A stretch of DNA of 60,395 nucleotides, the filler included, from Squatina squatina (lineage: Eukaryota), in NCBI GenBank assembly GCA_031763465.1. It is 3 parts of 3 records of this genome, joined end to end, with 100 filler letters (N's around TTAATTAATTAA, not from the genome) between each part and the next. Parts side by side here need not be neighbours in the genome. Positions count along the whole stretch, not along the records: positions 45,256 to 60,395 come from JARFOE010000016.1; 2 more parts are not named here. One strand, written 5' to 3'. The notes below the pieces were generated by a model. The model was given only the letters and a program-made list of their open reading frames with translations, ran no database searches and was not told where the DNA came from. The first letter of the stretch is position 1. Every line of letters begins with the position of its first letter. Positions 48,825-60,395 of the stretch are shown here, in pieces. The translations under genes were made by a program, and so were the position numbers.

Positions 48825-50696
48825 GTAAGTCTTTGTTTAGTTTATATATTTCATTTAATTAATTTTCATTTATTCTGTATACACATGTTACAAAACTAAT
48901 TCTTGCTCATTTCCTGTTTAGATTTGTTTTGACCACAATTAAATTCATCAATACCAGCTTTTGCTCAAGGGTATCTTGCTGTTTGCATGTACATTTATAG
49001 ATCACTGCATTGTCAAATGGGATCTGTAAGCACTATTAGATCGGTGAGGTCATCTTATGCAGTTCTGATCTCTGTCTTTCTGGGCATATTGTCCCCCGAA
49101 CGCACACTGGGCTAGATTCACCGTCCATTCATAGCCAATGGTCAGAACATCAAGACCAATATTTTAAGAATTATGTACACTATATTTTTTCTGTACTTGT
49201 TGGTTTGCTACCATATTACTTCTACTGCTTTATAACAATAAATAGTATCTGCAATAATAGCACTCTTTTACTTTGGGCAGCTAATGCTATCTTTGGAGAT
49301 TAAAGCAGGAGTCCCCAGGAATGTGTCAATATTAGCAACATCTCTCACAAGACCCAACCCAGGAAAGATATCTGCAACACAGATGCATAGTTTTTAAAAA
49401 AGAGCTATATTTATGTTCATACAGGCTTTATTCAATCCATAAAAACAAAGGAGTAAGGAAAGATGGCTCAACCCATTTGCCTCACTGTCGTATAAGCACA
49501 GAAACCATAAAGACCATCTATAATTCTCTTCTACTTGGTGTTATGCTTATTTTTTTATACTCCCTGTTAAATCAGAAATTTAGTATTTCTGGGGAACTGT
49601 TGCCACAGTAAATTAAGCACCTGTGGGACCCAAGTCTGAATTTGGCCTTGCTGTTGGAACAAATGTCTCCTCTATCTGTTGGTGCAAATTCCCAATGTGA
49701 AATGGGTGTAGGTTATCTCAACCTAACTCCCACTGGGTGTAGGCCCATCCACAGCACAACACTATCCATAATTCAAAACAAATACACAATCTCATTAAGG
49801 ACTGAGAAGTGGAAAAGTTCATGCTGGTGCTATAGAAACTACTCTACTGAGATTCGAGTTAGAATGAATTATTGGGGCTAGAGTCGTAGCTACTCAACTC
49901 TACCTGTGAACAATACTATATATCATGCTGATACTGGGTGCTAAAATCATAAAAAAAGATAAAATTTAATAAACCTGGAATCTCTTGTTTTGAAAATTTC
50001 AACCATGCTCATATTTAGGCGCCTTGTCGATTGCATGATTTGCCATTATAAAAATTACGGCAGCCCAGAACACAGCAGGTNNNNNNNNNNNNNNNNNNNN
50101 NNNNNNNNNNNNNNNNNNNNNNNNNNNNNNNNNNNNNNNNNNNNNNNNNNNNNNNNNNNNNNNNNNNNNNNNNNNNNNNNTAGTTTTACTGACTAAAATC
50201 GAGAACTCAAGCTTTTAAACCAACAAATATTTTTTTATTTTCATAAGACAGATGAATGAACAGCAAACAGTATAACACAGTGAAATATATATTTCTCCAA
50301 CCTCCTCAATACATAAAATAATTATGATGTTACTCGCCTTCCCTCCAAACACAAACTTTAAACAGAAGTCTACTCACTGTAACCTCAATCTAGCCTAGCT
50401 CCCAATACTGAAACTTTTAAAATACAGATTGCCCTTTGGCCATTGTCTGCAAAACCAAAATTGGCTGCACATTCCCCACTAATATAATTCTATAGTATGA
50501 GATTTCTGGCCATTAAGCTGCAAATCAATGACAATTCAGCCTTCTCAAAAGTCTCAGCTGGAGGTATCAAACAAGGCCGCAACTCGAGGCCCAAGCCTTA
50601 TCTTTGACCTACATTAAGGTGTCCAGAGATCATTTGCACTTGGTCAACTATATCTGTGATCATTTATACTAATTATGCTCAATTTTTCACCTAAAG

Positions 50697-50790
50697 ATCT
50701 ACCTTCCAACCTGTATGAGCTGTACCTTGATCACAATAAGATTTCATCACTGGAACTTGAGGATTTTAGGCGATACAAAGACTTGTACAG
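50697..50790 (+). CDS. ASPN: Asporin internal exon ([32 protein letters not shown])
   Basis: 94-bp exon with AG/GT boundaries; ELEDFxRYK matches asporin. Absent from the ORF track. Confidence 0.9.
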
Positions 50791-52214
50791 GTAAAACTTT
50801 CTTGTTTAAAATAAAATTCAAATGTGATGTCATTTTACCAGAGATGTTATTTTGAATGGACTTGTGAACTGAGAAAGTACAAGGGAAAACACAAAAAACC
50901 TTAATTACAGAAGGGACTGGACAGCAGTATGGATTAAGCACAATGGCCCAGATTTTGCAATCAGCAGCGAGCAGTTGGCACTCACTGTTCATTGCACTTA
51001 CACACTTGCTCACATAATCNNNNNNNNNNNNNNNNNNNNNNNNNNNNNNNNNNNNNNNNNNNNNNNNNNNNNNNNNNNNNNNNNNNNNNNNNNNNNNNNN
51101 NNNNNNNNNNNNNNNNNNNNNNNNNNNNNNNNNNNNNNNNNNNNNNNNNNNNNNNNNNNNNNNNNNNNNNNNNNNNNNNNNNNNNNNNNNNNNNNNNNNN
51201 NNNNNNNNNNNNNNNNNNNNNNNNNNNNNNNNNNNNNNNNNNNNNNNNNNNNNNNNNNNNNNNNNNNNNNNNNNNNNNNNNNNNNNNNNNNNNNNNNNNN
51301 NNNNNNNNNNNNNNNNNNNNNNNNNNNNNNNNNNNNNNNNNNNNNNNNNNNNNNNNNNNNNNNNNNNNNNNNNNNNNNNNNNNNNNNNNNNNNNNNNNNN
51401 NNNNNNNNNNNNNNNNNNNNNNNNNNNNNNNNNNNNNNNNNNNNNNNNNNNNNNNNNNNNNNNNNNNNNNNNNNNNNNNNNNNNNNNNNNNNNNNNNNNN
51501 NNNNNNNNNNNNNNNNNNNNNNNNNNNNNNNNNNNNNNNNNNNNNNNNNNNNNNNNNNNNNNNNNNNNNNNNNNNNNNNNNNNNNNNNNNNNNNNNNNNN
51601 NNNNNNNNNNNNNNNNNNNNNNNNNNNNNNNNNNNNNNNNNNNNNNNNNNNNNNNNNNNNNNNNNNNNNNNNNNNNNNNNNNNNNNNNNNNNNNNNNNNN
51701 NNNNNNNNNNNNNNNNNNNNNNNNNNNNNNNNNNNNNNNNNNNNNNNNNNNNNNNNNNNNNNNNNNNNNNNNNNNNNNNNNNNNNNNNNNNNNNNNNNNN
51801 NNNNNNNNNNNNNNNNNNNNNNNNNNNNNNNNNNNNNNNNNNNNNNNNNNNNNNNNNNNNNNNNNNNNNNNNNNNNNNNNNNNNNNNNNNNNNNNNNNNN
51901 NNNNNNNNNNNNNNNNNNNNNNNNNNNNNNNNNNNTGACCCAAAAGAAGCTGCTGAAATGTGAGCAACCAGGCTTTTATGTGAATGAAGGCAGTAGGAAT
52001 GTAATTGCTTAACGAGATGGGTCACCTGAAAGTGTTTGATAAATTCGAGAGTACTCCTCGAGCACATCCAGGCAGCCTGCAACAGCGCCACGCCTGGTCA
52101 GATGAGAAATGCAGATGAATTTCGGAGCTCCCGGGTGCTATTAATGTCAGGCGCTGTTTTGGCGCTAATCAGTGGTGCAGCATTTCAAGCATGGTGACAG
52201 TCAATTTCGGCCCC

Positions 52215-52955
52215 CTCGTCTGTCATCTGGATATGTATGAAATGTGTCCTGAAAACTCCGAGAGCATATGGCTTCCTATTGCCAAGGCTGCACCTCCCTC
52301 TTGCATTGCTGCATCCTGTCTTGTATGTTGCTTCTCTGAGTCATGTGCTTCTGGCTGAGCAGCTGCTTCCTGTGCCTCTCACTTTCGCTCTTACCCCCTT
52401 ACAGTATTCTGTAGGTGCTTCATCTGCCTCCGTTGCTGCTGACACCTACATCTATGTCGCAGGTACATCATGTGATGTGGGTGAAGCTCAAGATCAATAA
52501 CCAGATCAGTTCCCATATAAAAATGTGCCCTCTCAGCTATACTGGAGTGTCAAGACCAAGCTTCTCTGAGTCAAATCGCTGCGTTCTGCTTGCCTACTTC
52601 AACTTGCCTGCTCTCAGCTACTGCATTTAAAAGTCGGCAAGTCAAAATGGCTGCCATTCTACCAACTTTAAATAGCGGCAGCTGATCCCACAATCATCAT
52701 GTCAACGCTGAGACTTTCTGTCATTGGCAGCGCCCCCTTTTTGCAGCAGGGTTGCTGACCAATTCCTTTGCAGTGGTACACACTCGGTGTTGCACACGGT
52801 GATGACATCATCATCGCCTTGCGCCGTCGCTACTACCGCCGCCAGCCCCAAACCTCCAATGTCTCTTTAACGCCGGTGCACACCCACAGGCTAATTATGC
52901 ACCACCCGGACTCATCGCCACTGCCATTTTAGAACCCGTTTAGCGCCAAAAAATT
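52215..52955 (-). mobile_element. PIF/Harbinger element left end with decayed transposase N-terminus
   Basis: MGTDLVIDLELHPHHMMYLRHRCRCQQQRRQMKHLQN...(frameshift) RKPYALGVFRTHFIHIQMTDE resembles the RVFR..L.MSDE start of HARBI1-type transposases; interrupted at 52214 by another element end (AATTTCGGCCCC). Confidence 0.6.
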
Positions 52956-53519
52956 CACTTACACTTGAATGGACAAGCCATAACTTTTCTGCCATGTATA
53001 GTGTGGATCTAGTAGGCAAGTACCCCAACTTCATGCCACTGCATGTATGTGCATGCTGCATCACTTGGTGAGGTACTGGCATAGTGAAGGTTGTGGAGGA
53101 GCAGAGCAAGTTGGACAGCAACTTCCTGATTTTTGCATTTAACTGCGCATGTACGGAGACCAGAGGTTGCTGTCCCATTTACTCCTTAATAATGACGAGC
53201 TCAGATAGCTTGTAAAGGTTGTAATTGGGAAGAATGGGAGAAACTAAAACCTAACTCCTAGGCCTACAGCACAAAACTGCCCACATTTTGGCATAAATTG
53301 GTATTCACACAAACATAAGTTTGCTGGTTTGGGAAGTGGAAACATTCAAATGAGTGCAGGGAGCTCTAATAAAGTGGGTGTTGGTAGAAAGAGTATTTCA
53401 TTCCTTACCTTAATGGGCACAAAAAGTTATTAAATATTTTAGCTTGAAAAAAGAAACGAATAAATCACACGCAACATAAAAAAAATTAAAACAAACTAGT
53501 TTGTCTTCTGCAACACACT

Positions 53520-54420
53520 TCACAAACAAGGCAAAGTGCATTTGACAAATTCAAAAGAGCTTATGAAGTGACCGATTGGATAGATAAAGGGAATGCAGTA
53601 GATCTAGTGTATATGAATTTTCAAAAGTCACACTATATGGTATCTCACAAGAGTCTTTGAAAAATTCAGGTGCATGGGGTGAGAGAAAACAGAAAGTTAG
53701 TTAATGGAAAGGGAACAAAAAGTTAAGATGAAAGGTTTTGTTCAGATTAGAGAAGGGTTGGAAGAAATGGTATACTCGAAGGGTTTGTGCTGGGTCTGGA
53801 TAGGGATGATTTGGACCTGGTAATGGGAAACATAATTTTGAAATCTGCTAATGACACAAAAGTAAGAGGTTTCAACAATAACCATCAGGATTGTAAAAGA
53901 CTTCAGGAAGACATAGCCAGGATAGTGGAATGGGCAAACAAGCGGCAAATGCATTATAACGTAGATAAATGTGAAGTAACATATTTTAGGAGGATAAACA
54001 AGGAATGGCAGGAAACACTCAGTGGAAGGGTGTGGATGAGCAGAGAGAACTCAGCGATCAAATACATAATTTACTGAAATTGCAGGTGCCAGCTTATAAA
54101 GCCATCAAAAGGCCAACAGGATTTTGGGGGCATAGAGTACAAAAGCAAAGTTTGTACAAAACAGAGTTCTCTGTGCAGTTTTGGATATGAAAGGTATATA
54201 TATATCATTCAACATAGATTCACGAGAATAATGCCAGAGGTGGGAATATATAGTAATGGGGAGAGATTTCAGATACTGGGAATATTTCCAATGTAGCAGA
54301 GAAGCCTAATTATGAAGGGTTTGGATAGAATGAATAGGGAAAGACCATTTCCACTGCTTGGGGAGTCAATTACAAGAGATAATCAATTTAAAATTGTTAC
54401 TAAGAGTTTGAGGAGAGAAA
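53520..54420 (+). mobile_element. Old CR1 RT fragment in ASPN intron
   Basis: DKGNAVDLVYMNFQK, ILKSANDTK, LQEDIARIVEWANKRQMHYNVDKCEV. Confidence 0.85.
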
Positions 54421-54650
54421 TCGACAAATGCAATCGGTTCTTTTCTGTTAGGCATCAGGCTGAGTCTGTGACAGGTAAAGTATGACACTCGTGAGAATAA
54501 AGGTTCCGACCACAACATCACCTACAAGCGTAACTGATAGTACAGGGAGTATAATGGGTTTTCCCAGAGGAACAAGGTGATCAAAAAAGCTTTCAATGAA
54601 ATGCACATCCCATGTACCAAATATGTAGTCACTTCCTTCTCTTATTACAG

Positions 54651-54789
54651 ACTGGACTTGTCATACAACCAAATTAAATATATTGAAAATGGAAGTTTAG
54701 CATATCTTCCTAATCTAAGGCAGATTCATTTGGAGAACAACAAAGTGAAGGAAGTTCCTGCCAGTCTAAAGGAACTGAAGTACCTACAG
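54651..54789 (+). CDS. ASPN: Asporin internal exon (RLDLSYNQIKYIENGSLAYLPNLRQIHLENNKVKEVPASLKELKYLQ)
   Basis: 139-bp exon between 'ttctcttattacag' and 'gtaaat', phase-compatible with 50697-50790. The other ASPN exons are not seen and presumably fall in gaps. Confidence 0.92.
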
Positions 54790-57329
54790 GTAAATAGCAA
54801 ATTATTCCATAGATTTATATATTTTATTCTAATTCCACCCTTTTGTAAAAAAAAATGGCATTTTGTAAAGGATCGTTTTGCTGGTAAACAAAACATGAAA
54901 AGGTAATTTTGCAAAATAACTGATGTAAATACTTGATGACAAGAGAATNNNNNNNNNNNNNNNNNNNNNNNNNNNNNNNNNNNNNNNNNNNNNNNNNNNN
55001 NNNNNNNNNNNNNNNNNNNNNNNNNNNNNNNNNNNNNNNNNNNNNNNNGTTCAACAATTTCAGAGCATAACCTCTGCCCTAGAATTTTTTTTCTCACTGT
55101 ATTTCTCTGGCATTTTTGTTTCTGTCCCTGTATTTGTTCTTCACTGAATCTTTCTGTCTTTGTGCTCTTTCTCCAAGTCTTTTCTTCCCTCTGCCTTGTC
55201 TATGCTTTTTTTCTCTGTATGCATGTCTTTTTTTTAATGCTTTCCATTCTCTATGCCCCTTGCACACTCTTCCTTTCTTTACATTTTTCTCGAGCTAAGA
55301 TTAAGAATTGTCAAATTATTTTCTTGTCTCAGTGAAAAGGTTACAGCTTCAGATTTCATCTTACTTCATGAACAACTCAATACAAACAGCAGTCAAATAA
55401 ACCTGGCATGGCCAGAGAGAAAAATAAACCCAACACACGCTGTTTCATTTAAGCCCTTTATTGATTCCTTATGTTTTGTCTCAAAGGAAATATTCTAGAT
55501 TCCTTTTTCACATAAGCTGACAACAACATTTAACCATAAAACTCAGCCACGGTCAGTGAGCAAATGGCTTTTCGTTTCCAGATTAATTTATACAATGAAG
55601 ACACCCACAGCTGAGCATTGCTGCTAAGGTGAGGTAAAAACTTAGTAAACAAAACTAATATTAAAGCTGTGTTTTTCACAACCATATTGCAGTTTCTGTT
55701 CTGTGAAACATCTCGCCTGAGAATCTGTGAACAATTTAAGGATCAGTGTGCCCCAAACCCAAAAGGCAACCAAAGAAATTCATCAGGTATGAAGTTACAT
55801 TTTTATTCAGAAGCTGAAAACAGTAATTAATTTCATCTTCTATTTATGATGTGCTTCATGTGTTTTGTATGCGATTTGAAGGAATATTGCATGTGCTTCC
55901 ATGAAAAAAATGAAACATTAATTGAAGATTTCAAAGGACATAGTTAAATTGTAACAGGTCATAAGAAAGGGAAAAATTGTTGCATTTTCCACACTTGATC
56001 GTAAAGTGAGCTTTGTAAGCCGTTTATTTTGTTAGGCATGTTCTTCAAAATGACCAAGTATGAAAATCACGAATTTAAATACTGTTAATTTTACCGAAGA
56101 CTTTTTCTTATTATTTTTAAATCAGCATCAAAGTGATCTCAAAACTCCAAGGAAATGTTACAGCTGATGCTGCAATAATTTTGAAATAAGTTGCTCAAAA
56201 TTTAATATGTCTCTGGATGACTAGGTCCTTGGCCTCAAAGAAAGGACTTTTCTTGCACATTGCCCTGGCCAGGATAGATTGTGCTCCATTTTTCTTTTCC
56301 TCAAGTTAACAAGTAATGCATTTTTTTTGGTCAGACAAAATGATTTTCTGTAAGTTCAAGAGTACACTATTTTCAGAAGTACTAATTCAGGTGCTGATTT
56401 AGATGAAATTTTAAAAAGTATTATATTAATACAGTTAGGACTGTAAAAGCAATTCCTGTTCAGTGAACCTCACAGTTAACTTACAATGGCAAACATTACT
56501 TAAGATTTGTTGTATTAGGTAGTTTCATTGGAGTTATGGCAGTTCATATTTAATTTGGCTAAAAGTTATGGAATTATGTAAAAACTTCTTTTTGTGTTCA
56601 GATTTCAGTAGGTTTAATTGATTCCCACTCAAAAGGTTTGTGAATTGCCATTAAATTTGCATTCAGACTGAACATAATTTCATTTAACAAAAACTGGCAT
56701 ATACTCTGAAATGGTACAATACTGAAGCAGAGAGGAAGATGAGGTAAGCAGTGTAAGAACAGTCTATAAATTAAACCCAAATCGGAGGTCGATAACTAAG
56801 TTGTCAAAATCTATGTTAATAGCCATGTGAAACAGATTTTTTTTTTCTACTCAATCAGATATAATTAACATTTTAGGAATACGTTTGCCCAATAATAACA
56901 GAATAAAGCAAACACAATTAAAACAAACCAATATAGAGCAAGTTGGATTAGCATGAGTAGAATCTGCTTTACTGTCAGCAGTTCAAAGTATTAAAAAAAG
57001 TGAAATAAAATAAAATTGGTACGACTAAAATGAACTGAATTTAATACAGAACTATAGAAACAAAGGCTCGGTGTAAAATTTTAAGGAAAAACACACACAC
57101 TTAAAAAAAAAAGCCATGTAGAAAGGCATAAATCCAATTGAACTTTGTAAGCTCAGGAAAGGAACTATACAATAATAGATGGGTTAGAGAAAAACAAACT
57201 AAGAGTTCATTTTCACGATATCAGTTTGGAAAAAGTGTTTTTTCCCCACTTGAAAACAAACTCTCTATACTTCTTATAGAAAATCACATTCAATAAATGT
57301 AGGAAAAAATACAGGAGGTGTATTTTTCA

Positions 57330-57629
57330 GTCATCCTCACTTGATACATTCTGGGTTAGAGTTCCACAGGTGCCAGTGACACTCTGGTACTGTCTGGCCA
57401 TTCTTCATGTGTAAAACTAAATTACAAATGGCCATAAATGATTCCACAATATTGGACATAGGACATTATGACCAAGCACAACAATTACATACACACATTT
57501 TTCAACAAGTGCCATTCGACAATAATCAAAAATTGTAACTCTGGTTGTTATTTCCCTTCCTAATCCAGGAGTACCAGGGTGAACATTAGCACCCAATTGC
57601 CACCCTCTCTGTGATAATCTGCATCAGCA
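57330..57629 (-). mobile_element. LF-SINE-like element, degenerate
   Basis: Minus-strand 'cacatgaagaatggcca...ggcacctgtggaac' follows the recalled LF-SINE 3' part. Confidence 0.5.
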
Positions 57630-58133
57630 NNNNNNNNNNNNNNNNNNNNNNNNNNNNNNNNNNNNNNNNNNNNNNNNNNNNNNNNNNNNNNNNNNNNNNN
57701 NNNNNNNNNNNNNNNNNNNNNNNNNNNNNACTCCAGGTGTGGTCTCACCAAGGCCCTGTATAATTGCAGTAAGACATCCCTGCTCCTGTACTCAAATCCT
57801 ACCTTGTTCTGGGGGGGAAAAATGCATGTATATACTGTCTGAAAGCAGGGTAGGTCATATGGGATGCCCGAAATATTGTTACATCATATTGTCATAAAAC
57901 ATTTTAAAGGGAGGTTGTCCCTGAAGTTATTTTTGATTTAGTGCCAGACCATTCCAGCAGGGTGTGGAGGAATGCAATCTGTACAAGAATGAATCTTGCC
58001 TTTTTCTGTACTGGAGGTGTGCATCATTGTCACTGCTCATTTTGTTACATCAACCGAGTGTTTCCATATGATTCACTGTCCATTTTCTTGCATTCATTTT
58101 AATTTCAATAGAGACAAAACCTTCACCATAAGA

Positions 58134-58617
58134 ATGGCCTTCATCACAGGGCTGCCAATTTTAATGCTTCTCTTCAGTGTAAACATTCTTTGTCAAGATA
58201 ACTATGATGAACCGTTTGCTCCATCCTCACGACATCAACGACGTATTCGTACACCTGTATATTATGACCTATATAGCTCCTTTCCCAGAGAGTGTGCTCG
58301 TGAATGCCGGTGCACACCATCGTTTCCTTTGGCTATGTACTGTGACAATCGAAAACTCAAAAGTGTTCCCAATATCCCAGCACATGTGCGATATCTGTAT
58401 CTTCAGTTCAACGAAATAGAAAGTGTGCCAGAAAATGCTTTCATTAATGCAACATTACTTCAAGAAATTAATTTTAGTCGCAATAAATTAACTAAGGTAG
58501 CCAAAGGTGTATTTGGCAAGCTCAAAAATCTGGTTCACCTTAATCTGGAACACAACAATCTTGAAGAAGTCCCAGCTCCATTACCTAACGCCCTTGAAAG
58601 ACTTGCTTTGGGTTTCA
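58134..58617 (+). CDS. OMD: Osteomodulin (osteoadherin) first coding exon, 3'-truncated by gap
   Basis: Signal peptide MAFITGLPILMLLFSVNILC, class II SLRP cluster CX3CXCX9C, MYCDNRKLK.PNIP...LYLQFNEIE...FINAT...LEHNNLEE matching recalled OMD; acceptor 'aatttcaatag' ends at 58111. Confidence 0.94.
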
Positions 58618-58885
58618 NNNNNNNNNNNNNNNNNNNNNNNNNNNNNNNNNNNNNNNNNNNNNNNNNNNNNNNNNNNNNNNNNNNNNNNNNNNNNNNNNNN
58701 NNNNNNNNNNNNNNNNNGCACACTCGAAGGGTGCTGCAGTTCACCATCATCGCATGCATGGGATATAAAGCATGGCACACATACAGTAGGTCAGTCCATC
58801 AACAGTAAAATACACGCACACAGGCGCGCGTGCGTACACACGCGCGCACAAATCAATGAGGCATTTAGATCATTTCTGTACTTAC

Positions 58886-59059
58886 TTTCAGTGAATCAAA
58901 GCAGGCGATTACACGTCCATTTTCAACCTGGCAACTTTTGGAAGGATGTGCAAATTTACATTCCGTGTCCGGTCGTGAGCAAGTCCCTCTTTGAAATTCT
59001 CTGCACACTTCCAATGTCAGCCATTTTGTGTCACGGATCATTGAAACATTCACAGCCAT
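58886..59059 (-). CDS. MBNL1: Muscleblind-like 1 first coding exon (CCCH zinc finger 1)
   Basis: [58 protein letters not shown] (174 nt) followed by a GTAAGT donor; [17 protein letters not shown] is the MBNL1-type variant as I recall it. Confidence 0.92.
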
Positions 59060-59238
59060 ATTAGGAAACTGAAAGGCTATGTGGGTAACCGAAGCCCCTC
59101 ACTTTATTTTTTCTCGCCCTCCCTCCCCGAGAACAGTACCAGTTTTAGAAAAAAGTGTATAAAAGTAAGTTAAAATTATAACTTAACAAATAAACTTGAT
59201 CCTTTGGTTAAAAAATATATTTCTTTTTTTCTTCTCAG

Positions 59239-59492
59239 CACTTAATGTTACTCTGATGTGTCCTACAACCGATATAATGAATCCAAACCATCTGACCTAT
59301 ATTCGGCTTGAGAAAAACAAGCTAAGAGGCCCTTTTAATACATATATCTATGCCTGCTTCCCTCGTCTTCGATACTTTAATTTTGGTGAACAAGATACTG
59401 CACCAATTGTTGAAACCGAAGGAGCCCCTGGACTGTTTGGAATGCCAATGTCGCCACCAGATGGAGAACCAGAAAGTCTCATCAATTACTAA
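59239..59492 (+). CDS. OMD: Osteomodulin last coding exon
   Basis: Acceptor 'ttctttttttcttctcag'; LNVTLMCP...HLTYIRLEKNKL...YIYACFP...FGEQ matches recalled OMD MNLTVMCP..HLTYIRVDQNKL..YIFFCFP..YGEQ; TAA ends at 59492. Confidence 0.9.
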
Positions 59493-60395
59493 CTATAATC
59501 TAAATGACAGACTAACGCTTCTAAAGCAAAGTATGAAATTATTGTGCGTCCCATCTAATTGGTCTAAGCCACAAAAACAAAAATGTGTCTTACTGTTTAT
59601 TCTCTACTGTCAAATATACATTTTTAACAAAATTTGTCAACACAAAATTGCAAACTATGTTTGAAGAGCCAAGTACCACACAACCAGCCATTTAGCACTG
59701 AAGTCTGATTGTGATTTCAAGTTAAAACCAACACAAGCTTTTTTTAAAAAAATTTCAAGTAACTTTTTGAAACAAGTACTTGGAAAATGCACTTATGCAG
59801 AGGAAGAAAGGGAAACATTTGGCTTTATTAGTTGGGACACCGACAGAAAAAGGCACCCTTTTAAAGACAGCTAGGCCACTGCATTGCAAGACATCAAGAA
59901 ACAGCATCGGTTACACTTGCGAACATAACCACGAGATAGGGAATCCCACAATAGAGGGACTCCACAGATATGGCATGCCAACATTGGAGACAGTAAGGAA
60001 AAACACAAAATTAGCCAATGATATATATATATATTATATTTTCCCTGTTGTAATTAGTAACTCATCAACACCCAGGTCACAAAAGTGATCTTGAATACAA
60101 CATATACACTTCCGCATAAGGAAAAACTGCAGGTTAAAGTAAGGGACAGGGACCCTCTTGCATATGAGTATAAAGTGGAAGGGGCGACCATTGTTGGATA
60201 ATGTGGAGAAGAACCACGGTGCAGAAAATGAAGGTTGAGTACTATACTTGCATGCCTCCAGTCAAAGCACCACAAACTCAAACTTTATTTGCTGAAGGAC
60301 TGGTCTCTGCCGTCCACTTTAGCCAACGCCAGCCCTCCGCTCACTTTACCCATGCATAAATGTTCTCAGCATCCACATATCTCTCTAACCGTACA

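Noticed and set aside
50747-52091. Long ORFs of 323-406 aa (also 40566-41166 and other X-containing ORFs)
   Set aside because: They are open only because N runs contain no stop codons.
55600-55786. OMD non-coding first exon (donor CAG|GTATGA at 55787)
   Set aside because: Position is plausible, but it is separated from the coding exon by a gap and only the donor motif supports it.
59780-60395. 102-aa ORF and possible LTR-element remnant downstream of OMD
   Set aside because: Non-ATG start, crosses a (TA)n tract and has no recognisable motif; left unassigned.

Overview
Eukaryotic vertebrate DNA, most likely a shark or other chondrichthyan. This is inferred from the 5S rRNA variant, the Deu-domain SINEs, the CR1/L2/Penelope/Harbinger repeat landscape and the protein sequences. 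The window is not a continuous locus. It is a chain of short contigs joined mostly by 100-N gaps, and two N44-TTAATTAATTAA-N44 artificial spacers (28470-28569, 45156-45255) split it into three blocks. Block A (1-28469) has a 5'-truncated CCDC177, one LTA4H exon, two tandem 5S rDNA units, a 3'-truncated TMEM121, a 35-bp minisatellite, a CYP2 exon with an in-frame stop, the last exon of EXD2 and a candidate two-exon gene end I cannot identify. Block B (28570-45155) has a BTBD19 exon, decayed PIF/Harbinger genes and many retroelements. Block C (45256-60395) has the SLRP cluster ECM2 (last two exons), ASPN (three exons) and OMD (two coding exons), with an MBNL1 first coding exon antisense inside the OMD intron and no gap before the last OMD exon. 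Gene names rest on recalled vertebrate protein sequences plus splice-site and phase consistency; no search was run. I found no clearly new biological system. The best leads are the MBNL1-in-OMD arrangement (possibly a chimeric contig), an osteomodulin lacking the acidic mineral-binding tail, the unidentified gene end, and the decaying 5S array with a CR1 abutting its terminator.
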